From: Felis catus
Lineage: Eukaryota
Reading direction: 5' to 3'
Length of the DNA: 64,000 nucleotides
Assembly: GCF_018350175.1 (NCBI RefSeq)
Contig: NC_058382.1
Location: 15,438,001 to 15,502,000, forward strand
Of this stretch, positions 33,280-46,700 are shown in pieces (the stretch's first letter is position 1; every line of letters begins with the position of its first letter). Below the pieces are notes generated by a model. It was not told the origin of the DNA, made no database searches, and saw only the letters and a program-made list of their open reading frames with translations. A program made the position numbers and the translations under genes.

Positions 33280-36200
33280 CTGCAGACGCCGCACGACAGG
33301 CTTGGCTGGGCGGCCTCAGAGCCCCATTCCCCCAGCAGGGCAGCTCCTCACAGCCACTCACCATGAGGATGAAGAAGGCCCGCTTAGCACTGAGTGGCAG
33401 ACCGTGGATGTGCAGCAGGAAGATGAGCTGGTAGTCACAGTATGTGCTCTTGTCCACGCCTCTGCGGGGGCATGGGGTTCAGGCCTGGGGGAGGAGTCGG
33501 GCACCCCATAGGAAGCCCCCAAGTCTCCCTGGGACACATGCCTGGCTCACCTGTTGCTCACCAGCACCTTGAAGAAGAACTCAGGGGCGAAGATGGTATG
33601 GGGAATGGTGTCATAGCATGGGGAGTTCTCCAGACACAGCCACCTGGGGACCCGAGTTCAGGCAACATGCGACACAAATCATGCTTAGCACAGGCCAACC
33701 TCTGATTCCTCCCTCCAGCCCACAAACTCTGGGTGAGCACCAGAGAGGTGCGACCTCATGCCTTCTTCCTTGATTCGCTCCTTCATTCGTTCATCCGATA
33801 AGACTGACTCCGTGCCTACCACGTGACAGGCTGTTGACTCCCTCATTTCCTCTTGTCTTAACGTCTCCATCTGTGATTCCTCCATTAGTGTATGGCTGGC
33901 GTATCTATCATGTGCCAAGGCCTCGTTTATTCCTTGCTGCTCTCATTCCTTCATCCCACAAATATACCTTGAGTGCCTCCTGGGCACAAAGTCACATCTC
34001 CGTTCATTTATTCTTTCCTTTATTCATTTATTCGATAAATGCAAGCTGAATACTGACTAGGGGGAAAGTCGTTGCTCCACTCATTCATTCGCTTCCCTCA
34101 CTTGCTCATGGCAGCATTTTCTTCCTTTCACTGAATCAAAAATCGTTGTTGAGTCCCTATATGCTAATCTGTCCCTCCATTGTTTTCCTCATTCATCATG
34201 ACCGCCATTCAAATCCCAATACATGCCTACCATGACTGAATGAATGAATTTGCTCATTGTCTCATTCAACAAATACTGTTCAGTCTTATCAGGGCCTGGA
34301 CCTATGAGGGAGACAGACCACACCAGAGACAGTGACAGCCGAGAGGGGTCAGGTTCAGATGGGGCAGGCACAAGCAGAGACGTGAGGGTGAGAAGGGGGA
34401 AATACAGGAGGACGTGGGAGCCAACACCCCATTCAGAATGGTCAGAAAAGCCCCCCACCTCCCGTGAAGGGACATCTGAACTACGGCCTGAAGAAAGAGT
34501 AAGAGGGCCCAGCACTGCAGACAGTCAGCCCCATTTGAGGAACACGAAGACGGTCAGCCGGGCTTGAGGCTCAAAAGATCTCCCAGAGGCAGAAGGGATG
34601 CACAGCCCAGGCAGATTCTGGGCAGGTGGGGGATAAAGGGACCAGCAGCCAGGCCGTGGACTCACTCGATGCCCAAGCTCTGATGGGACATGATGTTAAA
34701 GGCCGAGTCCTTGGTGGTCGTTGTGTTCTTGGTGGTCCAGATGAGGCTGTGAGTCCTGCGCAGGACCGTGTAACCTTAGTTGGGGAGGGGGGCGGGGAGA
34801 GGGGAGCCCCGTCTCCCCGCAGGTGCAGAGAGAGGCTGGCTCTGTCAGCGGTGGAGGGAAGGGGTCGGGGGAGCCTCAGGGGGGCGGGGCCTCACGAAGT
34901 GGGGTGGGCGGGGCAAGCATAGGCGCCTGCTCCTGGGGCAGGGCCCCAGACACCGAGGTAGGTGGTGCTTGCAGCAAGGGTGAGGTCTGTGGCTGGGAAG
35001 CAAGAGAGGTCTGCGGGAGGAGGGCGGTTATGGGCCCGGGTCCACAGAAATTACTTGTCCAAGGGGCTGTTGAAGCGGTAAATCTCCTCCTCGCTGTATT
35101 CCCTGATGGTGTCCAGGGTGGGCCCGCCGCCTACCACCTTCAGCACATAGCTGCCAGGTCAAGAGGTGCGGGGACTGGCTTCGGTGTCTGGAGTCTTGCA
35201 TCACCTCTACCATCCAGCCCGCACTCTGTCCCCCTACCCACTCCCACACCCCCCCCCCCACCCCAACGCCCGTCAGTCGCTGGCTTGGCTATGTCTTTAC
35301 CTGCCCTGAAAACTGCCCGAATCTCCCGTCACCAAGTCTTGGATCAAGAAGAAAGGGTAGAAGACTGTGGGGTCGGAGGGAGACCAGGAGGTGAAGAAAT
35401 TAGCTTTTGGCCGGAGAAGTGCAGGATGGAGGGGAGGAAGGAGAGAGGAGAGGACCAAGGGGAGGAGCGGAGGAGGAGTGAGGAGGTGAGCAAGCAGTGA
35501 GGGAAGGCGGCCGAGTGCTGGGGACAGAGGACAGTGAACAAATGAGGCGAGGGGACTGGACACGCACCATCACGAAAGAGGAAGCAGGGCATCTCGGGGT
35601 CCACCCTCACGCAGTCAAAGTAGTGTTTGTTCTGCAGACGATTGTACTGCAGGGTGTAGGTGATGTCGAAGGCCAGGCGCTTGCCCGGAGGGCAGCCGAT
35701 AAGCACTGGGACCATCAAGTTGCCCTAAGTGGGAGCAGAACGGCCCTGGGGAGGGGGGGACCGGTGGGGGGGGGAGCTGGACGGGGAGGACACCCTTCCC
35801 CCCCTCCATAGGACCACTTCCTGCCAGGCTCACCCTCACCATTGCCATTTGATCGTTATTATTATTATTTTTTAATTTTTTAATGTTTATTTATGTTTGA
35901 GAGACAGAGAGAGACAGAGTGTGAGCAGGTGAGGGAGACACAGAACCTGAAGCTCCAAGGCTCCAGGCTCCAAGCTGTCAGCACAGAGCCCGACGTGGGG
36001 CTTGAACTCACGAACTGTGAGATCATGACCTGAGTGAAGTCGGGTGTTTAACCAATTGAGCCACCCAGGCGCCCCTGATCGTTATTATTATTAAAACAAT
36101 ACTCTAATAACTGCAAAAGTTTATGTAGTTCTTACTGTGTACAAGGCACCGGGTGATGTTCCCAGCACTTCGAACTCAAATTCAACCCTCAAAACAAGCC

Positions 36201-39200
36201 TGGCATGGTGGAGTATTAATATCTCCATTTCAGAGATGGCAAAAGTGAGGCACAGAGAGGTCAAGCCATTTATTCCTCACCCAAAGCTAGGCCTGTGATG
36301 GTAGAGATGGAATGGGAACTGAGACAGGTTGGTTCTGGCTGCCTCCAGCAAAAGACGCGCAAAACCACTAACACCCATACCTGTGGAGCGGCCGACCCCT
36401 AGGCGGACTGGACTGGGCTCAGGTTGGGCCTGAATTCTCATAAAAGAGAACGGGGAGGAGCCTGGGATATATAAGGGAAGCGGAGCCCAGGATGGGGGTC
36501 AGGGGTCAGGGAATTCCTATGACGTTGTCTTCAGAATGAACAGCCTCTGGCCCATTTCGGGGGTAGGGTCCAAGGGTTCTATCCAATCGCCAAAGGGACA
36601 TGGGCATCCAAAGACTGTGGCCTGGGCTTGACAGTGACTGGAGAGGGGTTGGTGGCCATAGAGGAAGCAGCACTTCCCATGCTAGGCCTGGGCCCAAGAT
36701 TTTACCGCTCTCAGCCACTCACTCACTGGGAGGTCTAATGGGCATCTCAGATTCAGTTTATCCACAACCCATCTTTGTTAATGGTACCTCATCCCTCCAT
36801 GTTCAGGCTAAAATCTTGTCCTAGAAACCTCTCTCTCTCTCTCTCTCTCTTACCCTTATACCATCCAGATGTCCAAAATGCTAATCTCCCCCATGCTCCC
36901 TGCCTGCTTATTTCCCCCTAACCATTCGTCACTTCTGACACACAATATCTTTTGTTTCTCTTCCTTATTGTCTGGCTCTCTGCCGTGGGTTGAACTGTGT
37001 GTCCCAAAAAGATATGTTGAACTCCTGATCTGGTGCTTGCCGGGGCGGCCTAATTTGGGATAGGGTCTTTACAGGTGTAATCAAGTTAAAATGAGGTTAC
37101 ATCAGATTAGGCTGGGTCCTAATCCAAAGATTAGCATCCTTATAAGAAGAGGGAAATTTAGGGGCGCCTGGGTGGCTCAGTCAGTTGAGCCTCCAACTCT
37201 TGATCTCAGCTCAAGTCATGATCTCTCGGTTCGTGAGCTCGAGCTCCACGTTGGACTCTGCCCTGACAGTGGGGAAGCTGCTTGGGGTTCTCTCTCTCCC
37301 TCGNNNNNNNNNNNNNNNNNNNNNNNNNNNNNNNNNNNNNNNNNNNNNNNNNNNNNNNNNNNNNNNNNNNNNNNNNNNNNNNNNNNNNNNNNNNNNNNNN
37401 NNNNNNNNNNNNNNNNNNNNNNNNNNNNNNNNNNNNNNNNNNNNNNNNNNNNNNNNNNNNNNNNNNNNNNNNNNNNNNNNNNNNNNNNNCAAGGAAAATG
37501 CCTTGTGAAGACAGAGGCAGAGAGGGAAGTGATGTATCTAGAAGCCAAGGATTGCCAACAGCCACCAGAAGCCAGGAGAGAGGCCATGCAAACAGAGACT
37601 CCCTTGGAACCTCCAGAGGAAACCAACCCTCATTTCACACTTCTGGCCTCCAGAACTGGGACGGAATAAGCACTCCAACTTGTGGTAATTTGTTACGGCA
37701 GCCCCAGGAAACAAATACACTTTCCCTCGCCAGAACACGAGCTTCACAACGCCGGGAATTCTGTTTTGTTCACGGCTCTAATTCCAGCACCTAAAACAAT
37801 GCTGGCATGTGGTGGGCACTCAGCCAGCACCAGTGGAAGGAATGCAGAAGCTCTGTGTGCACCAAGTGAAATCTATTCCCGGTCTACCCCCTTGACGCCA
37901 GCCTGTTCCCCCATGGAGGGAGGCCCATCTCTGGGGCCTGCTGAGAGATGCTCCCAGCCTTTATCCATCCAGCCAAATTTGATTGAGCACCTATTTTTTT
38001 ATGTTTATTTATTTTTGAGAGAGAGACAGAGCACGAGTGGGGGAGGGGCAGAGAGAGAGGGAGACACAGAACCCGAAGCAGGCTCCGGGCTCTGAGCCGT
38101 CAGCACAGAGCCCAACGTGGGGCTCGAACTCATGAGCCGTGAGATCATGACCTGAGATCATGACCTGAGCCGAAGTCGGATGCTTAACCGACTGAGCCAC
38201 CCAGGCGCCCCGATTGAGCACCTATTATGTGCAAATTAATTTGTTCTTTCCTTCATCCAACATATTTACAGATCAGGGACCCACGGTTCATCAATTAGCT
38301 TCAGTCTCCATTTTTTTCCCCAGCATTGGGAGCCAGAGAGAGGCTCCAAGACTTCCAAATACACACTCTCTGGAGGGCCTGGCTGGCTCAGTAGGTTGAA
38401 AGCGGCTGACTCTTGGTTTTGGCTCAGCTCATGACCTCACGGTTAATGAGTCCGAGCCCCTCATTGGGCTCCATGCTGATAGTGCAAAGCCTGCTTGGGA
38501 TTCTCTCTCTCTCCCTCTCTCTCTCTCTCAAAATAAATAATAAATATTCTGTTAAAAAAAGTACTGATAGGTTTTCTTTAAACTTTAATTTTTAGATGGG
38601 TAACATGGTCACATGGACACACACACACACACACAGTGAAAAGTTTCACTTCCATTCCTGTTCCCCAACTGTCCTGCCTCTCCTCCATCCCCAGGGGAGC
38701 AAACCACTATAAGGACTTTCTCATTTATTTTCCCACTTTCTTCATGCAAATAAGAGCCAGTGTGAATATATGCTCTCAATTAACCTCCTCCAGTTTATAC
38801 AAACTGTTCTGTACCCTGCTTTTTTCTCTTAAGACTAAAAACACTTTGGGGTGGCTGGGTGGCTCAGTTGGTTGAGCATCGGACTTCAGTTCAGGTCACG
38901 ATCTCATGGTTGTGTGAGTTCGAGCCCCGCATCCAGCTCACTGCTGTTAGCAAAAAACGCTTCGGATCCTCTGTCCCCCCACTCTCTGCCCCTCCCCTGC
39001 TTGTGCTCGCTGTCTCTCTCTCTCTCAAAAATAAATAAAACATAAAAAAAAGAGGGGCGCCTGGGTGGCTCAGTCGGTTAAGCGTCCGACTTCAGCTCAG
39101 GTCACGATCTCGCGATCCGTGGGTCCGAGCCCCGCGTCAGGCTCTGGGCTAATGGCTCGGAGCCTGGAGCCTGTTTCCGATTCTGTGTCTCCCTCTCTCT

Positions 39201-42200
39201 CTGCCCCTCCCCCATTCATGCTCTGTCTCTCTCTGTCTCAAAAATAAATAAACGTTAAAAAAAATTAAAAACATAAAAAAAGAATAAAATATGTTTTGGA
39301 GACTATGCCATATCAGTATATGGAGATCTTTGTTCCCCCGCCCCCCAACTTTTTTTTTTACAGCTGCATAGTTTTCCATTGCATGGATGCACCCTGATTT
39401 ATTTAACCACTTCCCTGTTAGTGGACATTTAGGTTGTTTCCAACCTTTTGCTGTAACAGTATGTTACAGATTAGATTCCCAGAAGGAATCTGTTGGGTCA
39501 AAAATAAGGACCTTAACTTTGACCTTCTGGGGTTATGATAAGGAGGAAAATAATGCATATCACTAAGGATATCAGGAAACACTTATTGGATGCTGAGGTC
39601 AGCCACTCCTCCCTGCTCTCCTCCCTCCCTGCAAAGGAGTTGGGGGCTATTACAACCTTTTCTTCATTATTAAATTTTTTAAAGTTTATTTCTTTATTTT
39701 GAGAGAGAGAGAGAGCATGAGCAGGGCAGGGGCAGAGAGAGAAGGAAAGAGAGAATCCCAAGTAAGCTCTGAGCTGTCAGCATGGAGCCTGAGGTGGGGC
39801 TCAAACTCACAAACTGTGAGTCCTGACCTGAGCGGCAATCAAGAGTTGGATGCTCAGGTCATGATCTCGCGGTCTGTGGGTTCGAGCCCCACGTCAGGCT
39901 CTGTGCTGACAGCTCAGAGCCTGGAGCCTGCTTCGGATTCTGCGTCTCCCGCTATCTCTGACCCTCCCCTACTCATGCTCTGTCTCTCTCTCTCTCTCAA
40001 ATAATAAACATTAAAAAAATTAAAATAAAAAAGAGTTGGATGCGTAACTGGCTGGGCCACCCAGGCACCCCTAAAACCCCATTTCCTGTCCTGGGCCATA
40101 CCAAGCCAGGAGGGAGGAGCAGCAAGTCTGTCTGCTGGTGAGTGGGCAAGGAAGTGGGTGAGAAGAAGCATCTGGGTGAGGTCCCTCCTTTACCACTTAC
40201 TAGCTCCTTGGGTTACTCTGAGCAGATGTTTGCACATCTCTGAGCCTCAGTGTCTGTCTCTGCGCAAAAGGGACACTGCATGTGTGAGCAAGCGAGGAAC
40301 TAAGGACCCCATGGAGTGAGGAACGCACATGTGAGTGGGGAAATGAAGAGTCACATGTGAAAGAAGGGCCAAGCTGGCTCACATGACTCCTTTGTGCCAT
40401 TTGGGAACAAAAGTCCTGTGTCGCAGTTGCTTTATTGCCCCCTGCAGAAAAATATTAGAAGGAACATACAAGCCTGGGTGCAATCTATACAACCACAAAG
40501 GCAGCCCTTTCTGCAAACATGAGTGGATGAAAAGAGTGAGTGGATGTGTGGGTGGCTGAATGAACGAAAAGGAAGAAATTATGAATGCATTAGTGGGATT
40601 TCCCAGGGGAGCCTCAGAATCAGTCCTGTTGGGTCTCGACCCAATCCCTTCCCTCCTAGCACAGGGCCCAGTACTCCCAAAGTCCAATACTTGCATGCGG
40701 GGTCCCTGGTGTGTGTTCTGGAAGCAATGTCCGACCGCGCCCGCCACCTGTGGGTAAGAGCCGGTGATGATGGTGGGCCCCGCGGGCTCGGCCTTTTCCC
40801 TCCTCCCGTATCCCTCCCCTCCAGACTTGGACCGAACCTTGAGCAACATGGAGGTCTCCAAGAGGTGATGTCCACTAAGGCCCTGGTCAAAGCAAGACCT
40901 TTTATCACTGAGCGTAACCTGGGGTTGGGGGCAGAAATGAAGGCGTCAACAACCCTGCCTGAGGACCCGGGGACGGTTCGAAAGGTGCCCGGCGCCGGTC
41001 GCTCCGCCCCCACCTCGGCACGCCCTCCCCGCGTAGTCTCACCCGGAAAAGCACCGAGTTGCGGTTAATGAGGAACTTCTGTCTCACCACCGCCTCAATG
41101 CAGCCCGGGTCGGCCAGCACCACGCCCAGATCCACTGTGCTCTTCAGCTCTTCGGAGGTGAGCACTGCAAGCACCGGGCGGGGTTAGGGCCTCGCCCCGC
41201 CCCCAGACCCCGCCCCAGGCCCCGCCCCCCGGGCTCGCAGACCCCGCCCCTCGAGCTCCACTCCGGCCTCCGCCACAGACCGCGCTCGGGTGTGAACTCC
41301 AGCGACTGCCCTCCGACGCTCAGGAAGACGGAGAAGACGTAGCTGGTGCCCTTGTCCAGGAAGATGCGCTCGGGCAGCTCGTAGTCGGCCTTGAGGTCGT
41401 AGATCTTCTCGTAGCTGGCCATGTCAATGTACACGTTCCCCGGGCTCTGCGAGTTGCTCGCCAGATAGAAGTAGTAATCCTGGAGGACCGGATGTGGGGC
41501 AAAATCAGACCCTGACGGCGGACACCGCCCCCACCCCCGACTCCCAGCCCTCTCCACGCACCTGGTCCTGTTTCTTATTCGACCAGCGCCAGGTGGAGTC
41601 GTGCACCGGGTCGGCGTACGGCTGCGGGGACGACCGGCACCGTGAGCGGGGACAGCGGTCCCCAGGCAGGCGGCATGCCGGCCGCTAACCCAAAGCCGAA
41701 GCTCACAGCCCCTGGCCTGCTCCCGAGCCCTACGTCCAACGCCGCAGCCACACTCCTAAAGCCACCTCTCCGAGGCCCTGCTCGCCCGCTCCCCCTGCCC
41801 CCTTAGCCTCAGACTCCCCCAGGCGGTTCCGGCCTCCACAGCCGTTCTGACCACGCAGCCCTTGCTTTCTAAGCCTCCTCACCCCGCCTCGGACCAGACC
41901 CGGCCCCCGCCAGGCGTCCACCTTGTGGTACTCGGAGTGCAGACAAAGCAGGTAATAGACGAGCCCCTGGTAGACTGCGAGCGAGTTCTCGCTGTGGAAG
42001 CCCGAGGGCTCCACGACGCGCGGCGGACGCGCCTGGTAGCGCTCCTGGCGCGAGTAGACTTGCGGGTTGGGCAGGTCCCGCAGGCGCATCACCGAGAACG
42101 GACAGAAGTTGGTGAAGGAGAGCGTCAGGTGGCTCCTGGGTGGCGGACGGGGGGGGGGGGGGCGGCTGACTTTTCCGCGAGCCCCCCAGGTCCGCCTCCC

Positions 42201-43729
42201 ATCTCTGCGCTGCCATCAGGGTCTAATCCAGCCCTGACCCTCCTGCTCAGCCTCAGCCCCCGATGCCCCTGGACAGATTCTCCGGGACGTCCCTGGGTCC
42301 CTCAGGCGGGCGTTCTGGACCTTCTCCTAGACCTCCTCCCCATTCCCAACTCAAGCCTTCTTCCACCTCCTTTCTCCCTGACCCCTTTCCCAGCTGCCTC
42401 CCGGGCTCCTCTCAGGTGACCAGATAGATCATTACTGAATGCAGTTGCATCTGGCCATGCAGTCCCTCCTTTTAGTCCCATCATGGCTCCCCAGGACCCT
42501 CCCTGTGACCACCAGGCTCACCTTGTCCACCCTGCCACCAGCACTGCACTCTGTCTGCACTGTACTTTCTCTCAGTCTTGAACGCCCAACCTCCTTTCCT
42601 CCTCAGGGCCTTTGCACATGTGGCCCCTCCTGCCTGGAACCCCTTCTCCATCTTGTCCCCTGGCTAACTCTTCCTCACCCTCTAGCTCACAGCTCCTGTA
42701 CCTCTTCCTCCTTGAAGCTCTCCCTGATGCTCCCACCACCCTCAGTCTCAGTCAGGCCCCTCCTTGGAGCCTCCAGAGACCCTAAGCTCCCCCATCACCG
42801 CCCTGGGGGTGGCTCCCTCTCTCTCCTGGAATAGGGACTTTGTGTGGGCCACACCCAGCTCTGTGGTCCAGTATCTTCTCACCCTTGCCGCTCAAAGAAG
42901 TAGTGATTACTGAGCTGCTGGTACATCAAGAGCTGCTCCACGGGCACATGTCTCTTGACAAGCTGGCCCTGCTGGTTTTTCATCAGATACACTAGCTGCG
43001 GCAGGAAGGCAGGGCCGGGTAAGCTGGTGTCAGCCAGCCGCCCTGAGGCTCCCCATGTTCCCACGTGACCCCCCCCCCCACCTGGCACCTGGTACAGCTT
43101 GGTGTCTTCGTAGAAGAGGGTGACCATGGTCTCATTGGGGGTGTAGACGGAGGACTGGTGCATCACCTGTAGGTTGATGTGCACCTCCCAGCCCCTGGAT
43201 GGGAACAGCTTGTACATCCGGTAGCTGCCTTCCAGGAGGTACCAGATCTGGGGTGCGACAGCCAGGTGGGTATGTGTGAGGGCCGCGGGGACCTCTGGCC
43301 CCACCTCTCCGCCCGGCGTGGTGGCCCCATTCTCTGGGGGTGAGGCCAGGTAAGCTCGCATACCTTCTCTCTATAATGCCATCTCGACTTCCCAGAACCC
43401 AGCCACCCCTGCTTCCAGCCCCCGCTCGCCATGACTGTCTCCAACGTTTCGTTGGCTGGAGTGGCTCTGACTTGAAACTGAAGTGTTCCTAATGTATACA
43501 CCCCTGCAGGCCAGGGTTCCTAGGGGCAAGCCCTATTTTCTCCTCATTCTGCACCCTCCAGGGACCCACTATCCCCTTGGCCTCAGTTTCCCATCTCCGC
43601 ACTGATACCCACCCCCCCCAACACATTTGACTCTAGACCTCATCCCCTTCTGAGACTCAGCCTGGAGGAGTCCGTCCAACCTTAAGGATGTCCCTCCTCC
43701 ACGCAGCCTCCTCTTTGAAGCCCTCCCAG

Positions 43730-43774
<45 letters not shown>

Positions 43775-46700
43775 TTGAATTGGAAGCTGGGCCCCACCCC
43801 CTTTCTGAACATCTGTCCTGAGATACTATCTTCCCCACTGCAGCCCTGCCTCCCCTGAATCGTTACTTTCTGGGAAACACTCTGTCTTCCCAGTTGGCCT
43901 GTGACCCTTGAGGGCAAGTCCACGGCTGACCCAGTCACCACTGTATCCTTGGCGCTGGGTCAGGCATACAGTGAGCACTCAATATTTATGAAATGAACCA
44001 CATGATGGAAAGAAAGAGGGCCCTCTGTGGAAATCAGATCAGGACTCTGAGTCCTTAACTCTGCTGAAAGACTTTGGAAGAAAACACCACTTCTCTTTGA
44101 GTTCCAGGGTCCTCAGCTGCCCTTCCGCGGGATCCCTGAGGACACTTCCTCCCCTGAACCCTTTTCCCCTGACAGAGGGAAAAGGGAGACCGCTGGGGTT
44201 TGGGGAGAGGAGCAGGGTACCCCACCTCCTCAGTCTCTGTGACAATAGCCATGTCCCCACGGAACGAGTTGACCAGGTACTTAATGGACTGCTCCTTGGG
44301 GAAGTCCGCCAGGTAGATGAAGTTTTCATAGTTATAGCTGCGGGGGCAGAGACGGGAGCGAGGGACACCCAGGCGAGGCCCCTGGAGGATATCTGCTTCC
44401 CCCAACTCCAGGCCTAACATGACCCGAGAACTGTTTACTCAGCTCTCTGCCAGCCTCAGGAGAACACGCAAGGAAGCCTGGGATTCCAGGTCCTGCTCCC
44501 AAGCCTCTGGGTGACCCGCCCATCTGGAGACAGGAGCATTTGGCCCATCCAGCGGTTTGCCAACAGCCCCTAAGTTCCGGAGGGGTGCAACGTGTCCGAA
44601 CCTTCCCCCCAGACAGTGCCTTTCACACAGCTTGGGTCCTTAACGTCAGGTTTCATTTAAGAAAGGCCTCTCAGGTCTTTAAAATATCAGCTTCCCCATC
44701 CTAGCCCTAACCACCCCCGCAGCCCGTGTGTCCCCCATCCCAATCCCGGTAACTTCTGAATTTAGGCATGCTCTGACAACTTGATGGCTTCAGAAAGGAC
44801 CCCCGCCCTAATGGGGCTGAGAAGGCAGAATACGTCCGGCCTCGTACCTCTGCAGGAGGAAGTTGCCCCAGATATACAGCAGGTTGCTGTACTGGTTGTA
44901 GAACATGCCCTTGGGCACCATCAGGAAGGTGGTATGAGACTCTGTCCCTAGGAGCATCAGAAACTCCAGGCCCCTAGCTGGCCGGGGGAGAGGCAGAGTG
45001 GACACAGCAGTGAGGGGAGGGCCATCCAGGTCCCTCCCGGCCCTCATCCACTTTTCAGGCCCCCCTGCCTTCCCCTCCTACCGTCAGGGATGAATTCCGG
45101 GATGGTGTAGAGGATGGCCAGGTAATTACCGACTACAACCGGGGGAGAACACGGCAAAACCTCCTGAGGCTCTGAGCTTTCAAAACCTGAAATTGGGCAA
45201 GTCACCAGCCTCCCACCCCCTCCCAAAAGCCCTCCAGTGGCTTCTCATCTGGGCCTGTTAGCCCTTAGGGCTTCTTTAAATGCATATGTCAGGGCACAGG
45301 ACTTGCCTCCTCTGACTTCTTGGCTGGAGAGTACAGTGTGCAGCCTGCACGACTGTACCTGGCAGCCCTATTCTCTGTTCAGGTAAAATAAAATTACATC
45401 TCCTTATTGTGAGCCCCTGGGCCCTTTCAGATTTGACTTCTGCTCCCGTCTCCAATCTCCCGCCCTCCCTAGTCTCCCTCTGTTCCAGTCACATTGGTTT
45501 CCTCTGTTTCTCCATCCCCCCAGGTCTGTTCTCCACCACTACCCCTTACCCAGGCCCCGCTGTCTGCCTTAGCACGGATCCCACAGACCGGCAGGAGGTT
45601 CACAATCTGGGCTTCTGCCCCTTCCCACTCAGCCCCCCAACAGCATCCCAATTACCCAGGTCGTAGCTGACCACCTGGAAATACTTCCTGGTGGTGGGGT
45701 CTTCCATCTGCACCAGCAGCAGTAGATTGTAGTCTCCAGCAATGAACACGGCCCAAATTATGGAGCAGTTCATAACTGGGTAGGAGGGGCCGGCTCAGAG
45801 CAGCCCTGGACCCGCCCCTCTCCCTGGTCTCCCTAACCCTCACCCCCTCCCTGTGACTCTCCACCCCTCCCAAGACACCGTTCTTCACACGGACCTCTCC
45901 CCCCCTTCCCTGCTCTGCCACACCCTCGATCCCCACACCCGCCCGCCGCAGAGGTCTCTGGGAGCTAGGTACCTTGTAACCCTTCGCACACAGACCGCTG
46001 CCGGGGCAGCAACTCGAAGGACACGCGGCCATCTGCGGAGCAGGGCAGGGCGGTGCTCAGGCCCTTCCCAGCCCGTCGGGCATCCCACCACGCCAGGTCT
46101 CCAACCGTCCAGGGTGGCCTGGTGCCGGTGCCTCCGCCCCCTTTAGTCCTTGGGATTTACAGGGGGGCGGGTCTCACCCTGACCTGTCCCTCACTCACAC
46201 CTGACCTACCAGAGTAGGTCTGTCTCTGGCCACAGTAACTGGCTCAGGTCCGGGCACACACCCAGAACGGGCCAATCAGAGTGCACCCTGGATTCCTGCT
46301 AGAGCTAATGGAAGAGGCTGCTTTCATTCTTTTGGGGTGACTCCACCTGCGGGGACGTGGTGAGCCCCAAGCTCCTGGGACCATCTTTAGCCCCCAGGAG
46401 AGGGGTAGCTACCTGAGAATGAGGCCAAATCCCAGGGTTCATAATAATAAACCCTTTTAGAGCAGCCACCGTGTCCCTAACACCGTTCTAAGACCTTTAC
46501 ACAGGCCAACTTATTTAATCTTTACATCAACCCAATGAGGCAGGTGCCAATATAATCCTTAGGCCCATTTTGCAGATGAGGAAAACGAGACCAAAAAGAG
46601 AGGTTAAGTCACCTGTCCAAAGCCACAGGTGACTTGGGTCGGGTGTGTTCAAGCGATCTCTCCCCAGACTTGTGCTGTAATCGCTGTGCTATGCTACCTT

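Larger units (their letters stand above)
40950..42200. promoter_or_regulatory. Intragenic CpG island over CATSPERG coding exons 16-19
   Basis: CpG-rich exons and introns with several GC boxes. Confidence 0.65.

Noticed and set aside
33750-34300. Dispersed TCATTCATT repeats
   Set aside because: Typical L2 3'-tail-derived simple repeats
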